Position numbers and translations under genes: made by a program. From NCBI GenBank assembly GCA_030606215.1, contig JAUWGW010000005.1, forward strand, positions 5,369 through 69,368: a stretch of DNA of 64,000 nucleotides. The letters are read 5' to 3'. Shown here in pieces: positions 1 to 10,600 of the stretch (positions are counted from its first letter, which is position 1; the number at the start of each line of letters is the position of its first letter). The DNA is from a bacterium. Its GTDB lineage: Bacteria; NPL-UPA2; JAUVJM01. Under the pieces are notes generated by a model. It did no database searches. It was not told where the DNA came from and saw only the letters and a list, made by a program, of their open reading frames with translations.

Positions 1-1
1 A

Positions 2-43
2 ACTTTTACGAAAATTGTTTCGCTTGCACCTGAGGTTCTGTGA
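2..43 (+). CDS. rplN: 50S ribosomal protein L14, 3' end (partial)
   Basis: Frame from base 2 reads [13 protein letters not shown], the conserved L14 C-terminus, directly before rplX. Confidence 0.95.
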   Translation, partial: TFTKIVSLAPEVL

Positions 44-357
44 AAATGCATGTAAGAAGAGATGATACAGTTATGGCAATTGCCGGGAAGGACCGTGGGA
101 AGAAGGGTAAAATTCTGCGTGTATTTCCTAAGAGCCAGAGAGTAATTGTGGAAGGGGTGAATTTAGCAAAAAAACATGTAAGACCAAATCCGGCAAAACA
201 GGAGCAGGGTGGAATTATACAGAAAGAGGCAGGCATCCATGTTTCAAATGTGATGCTGTGTTGTCCTAGATGTAATCAACCAACGCGAGTTGGAAAGAAA
301 ACTTTAGAAGATGGGACAAAGATGAGATATTGTCGCAAGTGTCAGGAGATGATTTAG
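40..357 (+). CDS. rplX: 50S ribosomal protein L24
   Basis: KOW motif [34 protein letters not shown]; spc operon position. Confidence 0.97.
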   Translation: MKMHVRRDDTVMAIAGKDRGKKGKILRVFPKSQRVIVEGVNLAKKHVRPNPAKQEQGGIIQKEAGIHVSNVMLCCPRCNQPTRVGKKTLEDGTKMRYCRKCQEMI

Positions 358-359
358 AT

Positions 360-899
360 ATGGCGCGTCTTGAGGATAAATACAGAGAGGAAACAATCCC
401 GGCGTTGATGAAAAAGTTTGGGTATAAGAACAAACTTCAAGTGCCAAGACTTGAGAAGATAGTTATTAATGCGGGGTTGGGGAAAGCAACAATAGATTCA
501 AAAGTTCTTGATGAAGCGGTTTCCGAAATTGCTCTTATAACCGGTCAGAGGCCTGTCACAACGAAAGCGAGAAAATCTATAGCAAGTTTTAAATTGCGCA
601 AAGGGGATCAAATCGGCTGTATGGTTACTCTACGGGGCAAGAGGATGTATGAATTTCTTGATAGACTTGTAAATGCGGGTCTGCCCCGTATAAGGGATTT
701 CAGGGGAGTTCTCCCAAAAGCTTTTGACGGAATGGGGAACTATACTCTCGGAATCAGAGAGCAATCAATATTTCCTGAAGTCAGTTATGACAAGATTGAA
801 AATGTTTATGGGATGGCGATAACAATTGTCACCGCAGCAACAGATGATGAGGAAGCGAGGGAACTGTTGCGGTTGCTGGGGATGCCATTTCGCCAGTGA
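360..899 (+). CDS. rplE: 50S ribosomal protein L5
   Basis: [32 protein letters not shown]; start set at ATG 360. Confidence 0.97.
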   Translation: MARLEDKYREETIPALMKKFGYKNKLQVPRLEKIVINAGLGKATIDSKVLDEAVSEIALITGQRPVTTKARKSIASFKLRKGDQIGCMVTLRGKRMYEFLDRLVNAGLPRIRDFRGVLPKAFDGMGNYTLGIREQSIFPEVSYDKIENVYGMAITIVTAATDDEEARELLRLLGMPFRQ

Positions 900-905
900 T
901 AGACT

Positions 906-1091
906 ATGGCTAAAAAATCATTGATTGCAAAAGCGAAGCGAACGCCGAAATTCAAAGTGCGGGAATATAACCGCTGCCCTATTTGTGGGCGTCCGCGTGG
1001 TTATATGCGCAAGTTTCAGATGTGCCGTATCTGTTTCAGACAGCGGGCACTTCGCGGTGAGATTCCAGGTGTGACAAAAGCAAGCTGGTAG
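906..1091 (+). CDS. rpsN: 30S ribosomal protein S14, short zinc-binding type
   Basis: 61 aa with CPICGR and CRIC, ending GVTKASW. Confidence 0.97.
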   Translation: MAKKSLIAKAKRTPKFKVREYNRCPICGRPRGYMRKFQMCRICFRQRALRGEIPGVTKASW

Positions 1092-1103
1092 TGGAGGAAG
1101 CAA

Positions 1104-1502
1104 ATGACTATGACCGACACAATAGCCGATATGCTCACTCGTATTCGTAACGCAAGCCATGCGAAACACTTAGATGTTGATATGCCCTGCTCTAAGGAAA
1201 AGCAGGAAATAGCGAGGATTCTTAAAGAGAAGAGGTTTATCAAAAATTGGGAAAGAACGGATGATGAAAAACAAGGTATTCTAAAGATTTTCCTTCGGTA
1301 CGATGGGAATGGTGAAGCTATGATTGGTGGTATTAAGAGGGTGAGTAGGCCGGGATTGCGGTTATGGGTAAAGGCAAAGGATATTCCGAGAGTTCATGGC
1401 GGGGTTGGTATTGCAATTATTTCTACTTCAGGAGGAATGAAGACTGATGAAGAATGCAGGGAAGAAAATATTGGCGGAGAGGTTTTATGTTATGTGTGGT
1501 AG
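1104..1502 (+). CDS. rpsH: 30S ribosomal protein S8
   Basis: DTIADMLTRIRNA, SRPGLR, GGEVLCYVW. Confidence 0.97.
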   Translation: MTMTDTIADMLTRIRNASHAKHLDVDMPCSKEKQEIARILKEKRFIKNWERTDDEKQGILKIFLRYDGNGEAMIGGIKRVSRPGLRLWVKAKDIPRVHGGVGIAIISTSGGMKTDEECREENIGGEVLCYVW

Positions 1503-1508
1503 AGGATT

Positions 1509-2075
1509 ATGCTGATGTCCCGGATTGGAAATGCACCCGTATTGATTCCTGATGGAGTTAAGGTCGAAATTGCCGGTAATTTTGTAGAAGTAAACGGTCC
1601 AAAAGGCGGGCTGAAGAGGGAGTTCCATTCTTCAGTGAAGATCAGGATTGCCGGGGATAAAATATCTCTCCGCAGGATAGGTGATGGGAGGCAGGAGAAA
1701 TCTCTTCATGGTTTGTCCAGGAGCTTGCTTGCTAACATGGTCATGGGGGTGAGCGCCGGGTTTGAAAAAGTAGTCGAAATGCGCGGGATTGGATATCGTG
1801 CGCAGGTTCGGGATGAAAAGTTAGTTCTGAATTTGGGGCATTCGCATAGCATTGATATTGCAATTCCGGATGGAATTACAATGGAGGTTATCAAGAAGCC
1901 GGTAGTTGAACAACTCGCTATAACCCAAATTGTAATCAGGGGGGTTGATAAAGAGAAGGTCGGGAAGTTTGCTGCCGGTATCAGGCAACTGCGTCCGCCT
2001 GAACCATACAAAGGCAAAGGTGTGAGAAATATTGGGGAATATGTCAGAAGGAAAGCAGGGAAGAAAGCCGCATGA
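1509..2075 (+). CDS. rplF: 50S ribosomal protein L6 (start may be ATG 1515)
   Basis: [21 protein letters not shown]. Confidence 0.97.
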   Translation: MLMSRIGNAPVLIPDGVKVEIAGNFVEVNGPKGGLKREFHSSVKIRIAGDKISLRRIGDGRQEKSLHGLSRSLLANMVMGVSAGFEKVVEMRGIGYRAQVRDEKLVLNLGHSHSIDIAIPDGITMEVIKKPVVEQLAITQIVIRGVDKEKVGKFAAGIRQLRPPEPYKGKGVRNIGEYVRRKAGKKAA

Positions 2076-2431
2076 TGAACAAGAGGGAAGCAAGAGTTAA
2101 AAGGCATAGAAGAGTGAGGAAAGTAATCAGAGGTGTTTCAGGGAGAGAGAGGCTTTGTGTGTTTAAGAGTTTGAAACATATTTATGCGCAGGTCATTGAT
2201 GATGTGGAGGGGAAAATTATCCTGTCTTGTTCAAGCCTCTCCGCCGAATTCAAAGAGAAGATGAGTTATGGTGGTAATGTGAAAGCCGCAGAATTTGTGG
2301 GAAAGCTGCTGGCTGAGAAATGTAAGGAACGTGGAATAAAGAAAGTTGTTTTTGACCGTGGTGGTTATCCATATCATGGTCGTGTGAAGGCACTTGCAGA
2401 GGCTTGCCGGGGAGGCGGCCTTGTCTTTTAA
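2072..2431 (+). CDS. rplR: 50S ribosomal protein L18
   Basis: [27 protein letters not shown]. Confidence 0.97.
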   Translation: MMNKREARVKRHRRVRKVIRGVSGRERLCVFKSLKHIYAQVIDDVEGKIILSCSSLSAEFKEKMSYGGNVKAAEFVGKLLAEKCKERGIKKVVFDRGGYPYHGRVKALAEACRGGGLVF

Positions 2432-2449
2432 GTGTTTGTAGGGGAGACA

Positions 2450-2947
2450 ATGGCAGAAAAAAAACGAGTTAAGGTTGCCGAGCCTGAATTCATTGAACAT
2501 GTTGTAAAGATAAACAGGGTTGCCAAAGTAGTCAAAGGTGGCAGGAGGTTTAGTTTTAGCATTCTGGTTGTGGCAGGTGATGGGAATGGCAATGTCGGCT
2601 ATGGTCTCGGGAAGGCAAATGAGGTTGCTGAGGCAATCAGGAAAGGGACTGCGCTTGCCAGGAAAAATCTTGTCAGTATCCCGCGTAGAAACACAACCGT
2701 CCCGTATCGGGTGACGGGGAAATTTGGTTCAGCAAAGGTTGTTCTGAAACCGGCTGGCGAAGGGACGGGTGTCATAGCAGGGGGAGTTGTTAGAGCAGTT
2801 ATGGAATCCGCGGGTGTTTCAGATATTCTCACCAAATCGCTCGGGTCGTCAAACCCTCTTAACCTGGTGCGGGCGACAATGAATGCATTGATGGAGTCCC
2901 AAAAGATTGAGGAAAGGGCGCTAATGCGTTCTGGAGATATATTATGA
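2450..2947 (+). CDS. rpsE: 30S ribosomal protein S5
   Basis: [32 protein letters not shown]; ATG 2450 after GGGGAG. Confidence 0.97.
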   Translation: MAEKKRVKVAEPEFIEHVVKINRVAKVVKGGRRFSFSILVVAGDGNGNVGYGLGKANEVAEAIRKGTALARKNLVSIPRRNTTVPYRVTGKFGSAKVVLKPAGEGTGVIAGGVVRAVMESAGVSDILTKSLGSSNPLNLVRATMNALMESQKIEERALMRSGDIL

Positions 2948-2969
2948 GCGGGAATTGGTGGTTATTGCA

Positions 2970-3401
2970 ATGAAACTTGGTAGTTTGAAACCAGCCAGGG
3001 GTGCTGTAAAGAGGGTGAAGAGAGTGGGTGTTGGCCGTGCTTCTGGACATGGGAAAACTTGCGGGAGAGGGACAAAAGGAGAGAAAGCCCGCTCAAGTGG
3101 ACCAAGACCCGGTTTCGAAGGTGGTCAGATGCCTCTCATTCGCAGGGTGCCAAAGCGTGGGTTTAAGAATATTTTTAAGAAAGAGTATGAAATTGTAAAT
3201 ATAGAGAATTTAGCAATTTTTCCCGCTAATAGTGAAGTTGGGCCTGAGGTCTTCAAAGAAAAAGGGTTGGTGAGGAAAGGACCTGTGAAGATACTCGGGA
3301 GAGGGAAGATTGAAAAACCCCTTGTCGTTAAAGCTGATAGTTTCAGTTTGAAAGCAAGAAGAGCGATAGAATCTGCAGGAGGAAAGGCGATACAATGTTA
3401 G
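2970..3401 (+). CDS. rplO: 50S ribosomal protein L15
   Basis: [30 protein letters not shown]. Confidence 0.97.
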   Translation: MKLGSLKPARGAVKRVKRVGVGRASGHGKTCGRGTKGEKARSSGPRPGFEGGQMPLIRRVPKRGFKNIFKKEYEIVNIENLAIFPANSEVGPEVFKEKGLVRKGPVKILGRGKIEKPLVVKADSFSLKARRAIESAGGKAIQC

Positions 3402-4711
3402 ATGCTTTCAGGAATGTTTTCAGAATTCCAGAATTGAGAAGAAGGCTGCTATTTACCGCAGGTCTTCTCATAGTTTTCAGGTTTGGCTGCCATATTCCGG
3501 TACCAGGTGTTGATGGTCAGGCTCTTGCTCGTTTTTTTGAACAGGCAAGAGGGACACTCTTCGGTCTGGCAGATTTGTTTGCAGGAGGCGCTCTGAGTCA
3601 ACTGGCAGTTTTTGGACTTGGCATAATGCCATATATCAGTGCGTCAATCATCTTTCAGCTTCTGACTGCGGTTGTCCCGTCTCTTGAACGACTCGCAAAA
3701 GAAGGTGAGGCAGGGAGAAGGAAAATTCAACAGTATACAAGGTATTCTACTATTCCTATATGTCTATTGCAGGCGTTTATGATAAGCAGATGGGTTGAAA
3801 ATCCGGAAGCTTTTGGTGCTGTTATTGTTGCCAATCCTGGGTGGCAGTTCAGAATAATGGCTGTTATCACACTTACAGCGGGCACAGTATTTGTCATGTG
3901 GTTAGGTGAGCAGATTACTGATCATGGGATAGGCAACGGCATCTCGCTGATAATAACTGCTAATATTATTTCTCGTATGCCGGTTGCATTCTTGAGAGCT
4001 GTTGAATTGTTACGACTCGGACAGATAAAACCTTTTGTGCTTTTGTTTTTATTGATGGTTACTGTTGCAATGACCGCTGGAGTGGTAATTCTCACGCAGG
4101 CGCAGAGACGAATACCTGTCCAGCATGCTAAGAGGATTGTTGGAAGGAAGGTATACAGCCAGCAGTCAAGCTATATACCATTGCGGGTGAATCATGCGGG
4201 AATGATTCCTGTTATTTTTGCGGCTGCCATCTTGATGTTTCCAGGAACAATAACTCAGTTTTCTAACAGTGAAGTTCTGAAAGATATAGGTGCTTTCCTG
4301 AGTCCCGGAACATGGTTATACAATAGCCTCTATGTACTACTTATAATATTTTTCTGCTATTTTTATACCGCTATAACTTTTAACCCTGTTACGATTGCCG
4401 ATAATATGAAAAAGTACGGGAGTTTCATTCCGGGTATTCGTCCAGGGAAACCAACCTCTGATTATTTTTACAGGGTAATGAATAGAATCACTATTGCAGG
4501 AGCTGTTGGACTTGCCTTTGTTGCTATTATCCCGACAATAATTAGCAGCGGATTCAGGATTGATTATTTAGTGGCAAGTTTCTGCGGAGGTACGGGGACA
4601 ATCATTATTGTTGGTGTTGTGCTTGATACAGTGCGGCAGGTAGAATCTCAGCTTCTTATGCGGCATTATGATGGTTTTATGAAAAAGGTGAAACTGCGTG
4701 GGCGCCGTTAA
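3395..4711 (+). CDS. secY: Preprotein translocase subunit SecY
   Basis: [42 protein letters not shown]; multiple TM segments. Confidence 0.98.
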   Translation: MLDAFRNVFRIPELRRRLLFTAGLLIVFRFGCHIPVPGVDGQALARFFEQARGTLFGLADLFAGGALSQLAVFGLGIMPYISASIIFQLLTAVVPSLERLAKEGEAGRRKIQQYTRYSTIPICLLQAFMISRWVENPEAFGAVIVANPGWQFRIMAVITLTAGTVFVMWLGEQITDHGIGNGISLIITANIISRMPVAFLRAVELLRLGQIKPFVLLFLLMVTVAMTAGVVILTQAQRRIPVQHAKRIVGRKVYSQQSSYIPLRVNHAGMIPVIFAAAILMFPGTITQFSNSEVLKDIGAFLSPGTWLYNSLYVLLIIFFCYFYTAITFNPVTIADNMKKYGSFIPGIRPGKPTSDYFYRVMNRITIAGAVGLAFVAIIPTIISSGFRIDYLVASFCGGTGTIIIVGVVLDTVRQVESQLLMRHYDGFMKKVKLRGRR

Positions 4712-5345
4712 ACTGGTACTGTTAGGAGCCCCTGGTGCAGGGAAAGGAACACTGGCAAAGATGATTCAATCGGAATACAGGGTTCCCCACATTTCTACCG
4801 GGGACATGTTGAGAGAAGCGGTCAAGGAAGGGACACAACTCGGGAAGGAAGCTTCTCAATATATGAATGAAGGAAAACTTGTTCCTGATGATATAGTGAT
4901 AGGTATTCTGAGGGGAAATATGAAGGACTGTGAGAAAGGTTTTATCCTTGATGGATTTCCGAGGACAAAGAACCAGGCTGAGGCTCTTCAGACTATCCTT
5001 GATGAGGGAGGGGTTTCACCGGATGCAGTGATAAATTTTGAAGCTCCACCGGAAGTTTTGATACAGCGTCTTTCCGGGAGAAGGCAATGCTTGGAATGTG
5101 GTGCGATTTATCATATAAAGAATATGCCCCCGAGGAAATCCGGAATATGCGATGTGTGTGGTGGGGAATTGTATCAGCGCGATGATGATAGGAGGGAGGT
5201 AGTAGAAGTTCGTTTGAAAGCTTATGAGGAAGAAACTGCGGAGTTGATTGATTACTATCGGAGCAGGAAGCTTCTTGAGTCTGTAGATGCAGGTAAAGAC
5301 CCGGAGGCGACATTTGCCAGGGTTAAACACGCAATAGATGGGTAA
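4698..5345 (+). CDS. adk: Adenylate kinase (zinc lid)
   Basis: [25 protein letters not shown], lid CLEC...CDVC. Confidence 0.97.
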   Translation: MGAVKLVLLGAPGAGKGTLAKMIQSEYRVPHISTGDMLREAVKEGTQLGKEASQYMNEGKLVPDDIVIGILRGNMKDCEKGFILDGFPRTKNQAEALQTILDEGGVSPDAVINFEAPPEVLIQRLSGRRQCLECGAIYHIKNMPPRKSGICDVCGGELYQRDDDRREVVEVRLKAYEEETAELIDYYRSRKLLESVDAGKDPEATFARVKHAIDG

Positions 5346-5556
5346 AGAAGAACTGATAAAAGTAGAGGGGAAGGTAATAGAACTTTTGCCAAATACTATG
5401 TTTCGTGTTGAACTGGAAAACGGGCATAAGGTTCTTGCACATATTTCAGGGAAGATGCGAATGCACTATATCCGCATTTTACCTGGGGACAAGGTAGCGG
5501 TGGAACTTTCACCGTATGATTTAACGAGAGGAAGAATCACATACAGGTATAAATGA
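5338..5556 (+). CDS. infA: Translation initiation factor IF-1
   Basis: [31 protein letters not shown]. Confidence 0.98.
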   Translation: MGKEELIKVEGKVIELLPNTMFRVELENGHKVLAHISGKMRMHYIRILPGDKVAVELSPYDLTRGRITYRYK

Positions 5557-5559
5557 TCG

Positions 5560-5673
5560 ATGAAAGTTCGTAGTTCTGTTAAGGCAATATGTGAAAAGTG
5601 CAGGATAATAAGGCGTAAGGGAGTTGTGCGAGTTATCTGCCGTAACCCGCGCCATAAGCAAAGACAAGGATGA
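5560..5673 (+). CDS. rpmJ: 50S ribosomal protein L36 (below the ORF-track size cut-off)
   Basis: Manual translation [37 protein letters not shown]. Confidence 0.97.
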   Translation: MKVRSSVKAICEKCRIIRRKGVVRVICRNPRHKQRQG

Positions 5674-5682
5674 GGAGATAGT

Positions 5683-6075
5683 ATGGCAAGGATTGTTGGT
5701 ATAGACCTTCCTAAGGATAAAAGGGTGGAGATAGGCCTTACCTATATCCATGGTATCGGTCGTGATTCATCCAGTAAGATACTTGAGGAAGTTAAAGTAA
5801 ACCCTGATACCCGCGTGAAGGATTTGACAGAAGATGAAATAAGCAGGATAGCCGCTATAATACGCTCTGATTATAAAGTGGAAGGTGACCTGCGGCGTGA
5901 GGTGACAACGAGTGTAAGGAGATTAATGGATATAGGCAGTTACCGCGGGATGAGACACAAGAGGGGGTTACCTGCTCGAGGTCAGAGAACCAAGACTAAT
6001 GCAAGAACGAGGAAGGGGCCGCGGAAACAAGTAGGCGTAAGGAAGAAAAGGTCGCTCTTGCCGGGGCAGAAATAG
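5683..6075 (+). CDS. rpsM: 30S ribosomal protein S13
   Basis: [24 protein letters not shown]. Confidence 0.98.
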   Translation: MARIVGIDLPKDKRVEIGLTYIHGIGRDSSSKILEEVKVNPDTRVKDLTEDEISRIAAIIRSDYKVEGDLRREVTTSVRRLMDIGSYRGMRHKRGLPARGQRTKTNARTRKGPRKQVGVRKKRSLLPGQK

Positions 6076-6091
6076 AGAAAGGGGAGTTTAG

Positions 6092-6490
6092 ATGCCAAAG
6101 CCCAGGAGAAAAGGGACACGGGTAAGGAAGAAGATTACCATTGAAGTTCCAAAAGGCATTGCTCATGTTAAAGCAACATTTAATAACACCATAGTCACAA
6201 TAACGGATATGAAGGGAAATGTTCTTTGCTGGGCGAGCTCTGGCAGCGTTGGTTTTAAAGGTTCAAGAAAAAGCACTCCCTTTGCCGCTCAGATGACTGC
6301 TCGCTCATCAGCTCAGGTTGCAAAAGAGTATGGGATGAAACAGGTAGATGTATATGTCAAGGGCCCTGGTGCTGGCAGGGAAGCGGCAATAAGGTCTCTT
6401 CAGGCTGCAGGTCTGGGGATAACAATGATAAAGGATGAAACACCGATACCTCATGATGGGTGTCGTCCTCCAAAGAGAAGGAGGGTATAA
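6092..6490 (+). CDS. rpsK: 30S ribosomal protein S11
   Basis: [34 protein letters not shown]. Confidence 0.98.
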   Translation: MPKPRRKGTRVRKKITIEVPKGIAHVKATFNNTIVTITDMKGNVLCWASSGSVGFKGSRKSTPFAAQMTARSSAQVAKEYGMKQVDVYVKGPGAGREAAIRSLQAAGLGITMIKDETPIPHDGCRPPKRRRV

Positions 6491-6493
6491 AGT

Positions 6494-7117
6494 ATGGGTA
6501 GGTATACAGGACCTGTTTGCAGGTTATGTAGAAGGGAGAGACAGAAACTTTTCCTGAAGGGGAAACGTTGTCTGACAGAAAAATGTGCTTTGTCAGTGAG
6601 GAATTATCCTCCCGGCAGGAAATCCAGATTCGTTCGCAAACTTTCCGGTTACGGTATTAGATTGAGAGAGAAGCAAAAAGCCCGGCGTATTTACGGTCTT
6701 ATGGAAAAGCAATTCGGACTTCTTTTCAAGAAAGCTGAGCGTATGAAAGGTGTTACCGGTGTAAATCTTTTGCAGTTACTTGAAAGGCGGCTTGATAATG
6801 TTGTTTTCAGGTTCGGGTTTGCAGCGAGCCGTCCTCAGGCAAGACAACTGGTAAGGCATGGTCATTTCCTTGTCAACGGGAAAAAGGTGGATATCCCATC
6901 GTATTCGGTGGAAGTTGGAGATGAAATTGAGCTTAGACAGAAAAGCCGCGGTCTGAATGTTGTCAAGGAAGGATTTGAAGCAGCAGCTGAGGGGGAAGGC
7001 CCTGCGTGGCTTGAATTTAATGAATCGGAATTGAAAGGGAAGGTTTTGAGATTTCCAGCTCGTGAGGAGATGCCACCTATCCGGGAACAGTCTATTGTGG
7101 AACTTTATTCAAAGTAG
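6494..7117 (+). CDS. rpsD: 30S ribosomal protein S4
   Basis: [31 protein letters not shown]. Confidence 0.98.
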   Translation: MGRYTGPVCRLCRRERQKLFLKGKRCLTEKCALSVRNYPPGRKSRFVRKLSGYGIRLREKQKARRIYGLMEKQFGLLFKKAERMKGVTGVNLLQLLERRLDNVVFRFGFAASRPQARQLVRHGHFLVNGKKVDIPSYSVEVGDEIELRQKSRGLNVVKEGFEAAAEGEGPAWLEFNESELKGKVLRFPAREEMPPIREQSIVELYSK

Positions 7118-7129
7118 AGGAGGAGACAA

Positions 7130-8155
7130 ATGAGCCCAAAGTGGAAAGGGCTTGAAATGCCTCGTGAAGTTAAGTGCGACCAGGAGACACTTACGAAAAA
7201 TTATGGTAAATTCATAGTGGAACCTCTTGAGCGCGGTTATGGGATTACAGTTGGCAATTCATTGCGTAGAGTTCTTCTTTCTTCCGTTAAGGGAGGAGCA
7301 GTGACTTCTGTGCGAATAGAGGGTGCGCCGCATGAATTCAGCACAATTTCGGGAGTCAGGGAAGATTGTGCTGAAATTATTCTCAACCTGAAACAGTTGA
7401 TACTGAAGGTTGCGGATGGATCTCCAAGAATTGCGAAGATTTCTGCAAAGGGACAGGGGGAGGTTACCGGGGCTGATGTTATCACTGACAGCGGGGTTGA
7501 AGTCCTTAATCCAGGTTTGCATATTGCGACCCTGGATAAAGGAGGAAAACTCAACATTGAGATGGAAGTTGCAGCCGGTAGTGGGTATGTTCCAGCTGAG
7601 ATGAATAAGAAAGAGGAGCAGCCCATAGGGGTTATACCTGTTGACTCCGTTTTTTCACCGGTGAGGAAGGCAAACTATACCGTGGAGGACGCGCGTGTTG
7701 GGCAGAGAACAGATTATAATCGTCTGATTATTGAAATATGGACCAATGGAGTCGTAACCCCTGGTGAAGCTGTAGATCAGGCCGCACAGCTTTTAAGGAA
7801 ATACCTTTCAAAATTTGTTACTACTGAGGAAGAAGAAGAGGAAATTGAAGAAGAGTTAAGTGAGGAAGAAAAGAAAAGAGTTGAGTATCTCAATATGCCT
7901 GTCAGCGAGCTTGAACTCTCTGTGCGTTCACAAAACTGTCTGGAGGCTGCGAAGATAAAAACGATAAGGGGTCTTGTTCAGAAGACAGAACAGGAGATGT
8001 TAAAGTACAAGAATTTCGGAAAGAAATCTCTAAGTGAAATAAAACAGATACTTGCGGAGATGAATTTATCTTTTGGAATGAAACTGGAGGAAGAGGAGAA
8101 AGATGCGCCATCGCAAGGGACGAAAAAAACTCGTTCCGACCACAAGAGAACATAA
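7130..8155 (+). CDS. rpoA: RNA polymerase subunit alpha
   Basis: [43 protein letters not shown]. Confidence 0.98.
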   Translation: MSPKWKGLEMPREVKCDQETLTKNYGKFIVEPLERGYGITVGNSLRRVLLSSVKGGAVTSVRIEGAPHEFSTISGVREDCAEIILNLKQLILKVADGSPRIAKISAKGQGEVTGADVITDSGVEVLNPGLHIATLDKGGKLNIEMEVAAGSGYVPAEMNKKEEQPIGVIPVDSVFSPVRKANYTVEDARVGQRTDYNRLIIEIWTNGVVTPGEAVDQAAQLLRKYLSKFVTTEEEEEEIEEELSEEEKKRVEYLNMPVSELELSVRSQNCLEAAKIKTIRGLVQKTEQEMLKYKNFGKKSLSEIKQILAEMNLSFGMKLEEEEKDAPSQGTKKTRSDHKRT

Positions 8156-8456
8156 AGGTTTGATGCTTAACCTTTTGAAAGCTCTTTTTAAGCGTCAGGA
8201 GATAAAGACGACGCAGGCAAGAGGTAAGGAACTGAAGAAACTGGCTGAGCATCTCATAACAGTGGCAAAAAAAAACGATATTCATTCAAGACGGCAAGTT
8301 TTCAGAGCAGTTCGGGATAAAGAAATAACGCAAGATGTTTTCAATTCAATTGCACCGCGCTTTTCTGAGAGGAAAGGCGGGTATATACAGGCAATAAAGG
8401 TCGGCCCACGCCGTGGGGATGGCGCCCAGATGGTTCTCGTCAAACTGCTGAAATAG
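8103..8456 (+). CDS. rplQ: 50S ribosomal protein L17
   Basis: [29 protein letters not shown]. Confidence 0.95.
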   Translation: MRHRKGRKKLVPTTREHKGLMLNLLKALFKRQEIKTTQARGKELKKLAEHLITVAKKNDIHSRRQVFRAVRDKEITQDVFNSIAPRFSERKGGYIQAIKVGPRRGDGAQMVLVKLLK

Positions 8457-8528
8457 AAGAAGATTCATATTTCACAGACCCATTAAAATCTATTCAGTTT
8501 AATTGCAGAAATTATACCTGAGGAGACA

Positions 8529-9566
8529 ATGACTCCAAGAGAACGCTGGCTTGCTGTGCTTAATCGTGGGAAACCTGACCGTATCCCGATGGACTACTGG
8601 GCTACCGAAGAGGTTACAGCAAAACTTATGAAATATTTAGGTTGTGGGACTGAAAAAGCATTGTTTGAACATTTGCATATTGATAAGGTCATCACGGTAG
8701 GACCAAGATACATAGGACCTTCTCTTCCGGAGCATACAGATGTTTTTGGCTGTCGTCTTAAGGAAGTGAGCTATGAAAGCGGTGTTTACTCAGAGTGTGT
8801 CTATCATCCGTTAGCTGAATACAAGATGCTTGATGAGATCAAACAGAATTACAAATGGCCTAATCCGGATTGGTATGATTACTCAGAGATTCCCGCTCAG
8901 GTTTCTGGTGAAGAAATGTATCCTATTCGCGGCGGTGGTTCAGAACCATTTTTGACCTATAAAAACTTGCGCGGTCAGGAACAGGCCTTTATGGACCTGA
9001 TACTCAACCCTGAAATTGTGCATTTCTGTCTCGATAAGCTGTTTGACCTGTGCTATGAGAATACTCTTCGCATCTACGAGCAGATTCCGGGAAAGGTAAT
9101 GATTACCTATGTAGCAGAAGATTTTGGCTCGCAGGAGGACTTGATGTACTCTCCTGCCCAGATTCGTGAATTCTTTATCCTGAGGATGAAGCGTATGATG
9201 GATCTGGCTCATCAGGCTGGTGCTTTTGTATTTTTTCACAGTGACGGAGCTGTCAGGAAAATCGTTCCAGATATGATTGAGGCTGGGATTGATGTTTTAA
9301 ACCCCATTCAATGGCGGTGCAAAGGAATGGAGCGGGAAGCTCTCGAACGCGATTTTGGAGACAAGGTGATTTTTCACGGGGGTGTGGACAATCAGCACAC
9401 ATTGGCTTTTGGTTCGGTGGAAGAGGTTCGCCAGGAAGTAATTGACAATCTTCGTATCTTAGGGAAGGGTGGCGGTTATATCCTTGCCCCCTGCCATAAT
9501 ATTCAGTCGGTCAGTCCTCCGGAAAATATTGTAGCTATGTATGAGACGGGATATAAGAATGGATAG
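8529..9566 (+). CDS. Uroporphyrinogen decarboxylase (URO-D/CIMS-like) family protein, function unknown
   Basis: MTPRER..PDRIP start, FHSDG, FHGGVDNQ, GGYILAPCHNIQ typical of non-HemE URO-D paralogues; SD GAGGAG. Confidence 0.85.
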   Translation: MTPRERWLAVLNRGKPDRIPMDYWATEEVTAKLMKYLGCGTEKALFEHLHIDKVITVGPRYIGPSLPEHTDVFGCRLKEVSYESGVYSECVYHPLAEYKMLDEIKQNYKWPNPDWYDYSEIPAQVSGEEMYPIRGGGSEPFLTYKNLRGQEQAFMDLILNPEIVHFCLDKLFDLCYENTLRIYEQIPGKVMITYVAEDFGSQEDLMYSPAQIREFFILRMKRMMDLAHQAGAFVFFHSDGAVRKIVPDMIEAGIDVLNPIQWRCKGMEREALERDFGDKVIFHGGVDNQHTLAFGSVEEVRQEVIDNLRILGKGGGYILAPCHNIQSVSPPENIVAMYETGYKNG

Positions 9567-9579
9567 GTCCAAAATAGTT

Positions 9580-9635
9580 ATGAGGAAGTTTAAGCAACCT
9601 GAGCCTGAATACAGAAGTGCGCCGTTCTGGTCATG
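9580..9635 (+). pseudogene. N-terminal remnant of a GH106-like glycoside hydrolase
   Basis: MRKFKQPEPEYRSAPFWS resembles the F..P..EYR..PFWSWN start of that family; similarity ends at once and the frame stops at 9681. Confidence 0.55.
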
Positions 9636-9698
9636 TCAGGCAGGTAACCACAGCCCTCTTATTTTATATTCAGGGGGTTAGTATAGTTGCTTCATAAT

Positions 9699-10271
9699 CT
9701 ATTTGGGAAGTAGTTTCTTAAGATCATCAAATATCTCAGGCGTCTCCAAAATTTTAGCAAATTCTTTAACCCAGTATTTGATGCGTTTAAAATCAAGGTT
9801 TGGATTTACCTCTAAAACAGACCGAATATCTTCCAAATCTATTGGCCGATGAGCAACTGCCTTCATTATTATTAAATCCTCAGGGGTTGGCAGTTGAAAC
9901 GTCAACTTTCCTGTTTTAAAAACTTTACCACGACTCAAAGCCTCAATTTCAAAAGGGAGAATACCAAGAGACAGGTCAATATTAACACCACTCGCTTCAT
10001 GTTTGAGAAGAAGAACCCGATTTTTTTGAGCGAATTCGATAGCATTTGTAATCCGGGGTGATAAACCGTACCTGGTAGCTTTCTTCAGGAAATTTTCCAG
10101 ATCATCTTTCGGGAGGAAGATAAGACCATCAATGTCAGCAGTGAAACGTGCTTTTCCAAGTATACTGGCAGCAACTCCCCCAATTATCAAACTTTTGACC
10201 CCTGCATGGGATAAAAAATTAAGCAATGCTTCTAAAGGACTCAGAAGAGACTTTATTTTATTTCGGCTCAC
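9699..10271 (-). CDS. Pol-beta-superfamily nucleotidyltransferase (DUF6036/AbiEii/MenT-like)
   Basis: IIGGVAA..RFTADID, NIDL, EDLIIMK..RPIDLEDI motifs. Confidence 0.8.
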   Translation of the reverse strand: MSRNKIKSLLSPLEALLNFLSHAGVKSLIIGGVAASILGKARFTADIDGLIFLPKDDLENFLKKATRYGLSPRITNAIEFAQKNRVLLLKHEASGVNIDLSLGILPFEIEALSRGKVFKTGKLTFQLPTPEDLIIMKAVAHRPIDLEDIRSVLEVNPNLDFKRIKYWVKEFAKILETPEIFDDLKKLLPK

Positions 10272-10488
10272 TATAATAATCCTTTAACTGTCGCCACTTT
10301 TTCATTATATCGTAAGTCTCAGAATCAGTTCTTTTGGCACGCAAGTTCAAATTTTTGCCTAAATCAAATATTGCTAAGGTCAGGTCAAATCGATCTTTTA
10401 AAGATGTTTTTCTTAGTTCCTCAATCTCAATCTCATGCACCGCTTCCCACCGACTCTTAAGATAATTTACTACTTCTTTTTTTCTCAT
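10258..10488 (-). CDS. Small helical protein, putative partner/antitoxin of the nucleotidyltransferase
   Basis: 76 aa from ATG 10488, overlaps the NTase start; TG-A-TATAAT 10 nt upstream. Confidence 0.65.
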   Translation of the reverse strand: MRKKEVVNYLKSRWEAVHEIEIEELRKTSLKDRFDLTLAIFDLGKNLNLRAKRTDSETYDIMKKWRQLKDYYSEPK

Positions 10489-10600
10489 CTTTATTAAGAT
10501 TATATCATAAGCACAACCCAACAATAAGGAAAAAGTTTGAACCTGACATTTTTTTGTTTTTGACTCTACCTCGGCTCCCAGATTTCTGGCCGCCTTTTTT

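Noticed and set aside
1890-1925. Short extra segment in L6 ([10 protein letters not shown]) with an AGTTG/CAACT mini-palindrome
   Set aside because: A 5-bp stem is within chance expectation and is unrelated to the other repeat families
8529-9566. Annotation as hemE
   Set aside because: The HemE signature is missing and there are no tetrapyrrole genes nearby
9633-10549. 8-bp inverted repeat ATGTCAGG (9633-9640) / CCTGACAT (10542-10549) around the NTase cassette
   Set aside because: Suggestive because it coincides with the hydrolase breakpoint, but too short and without a target duplication to call element ends
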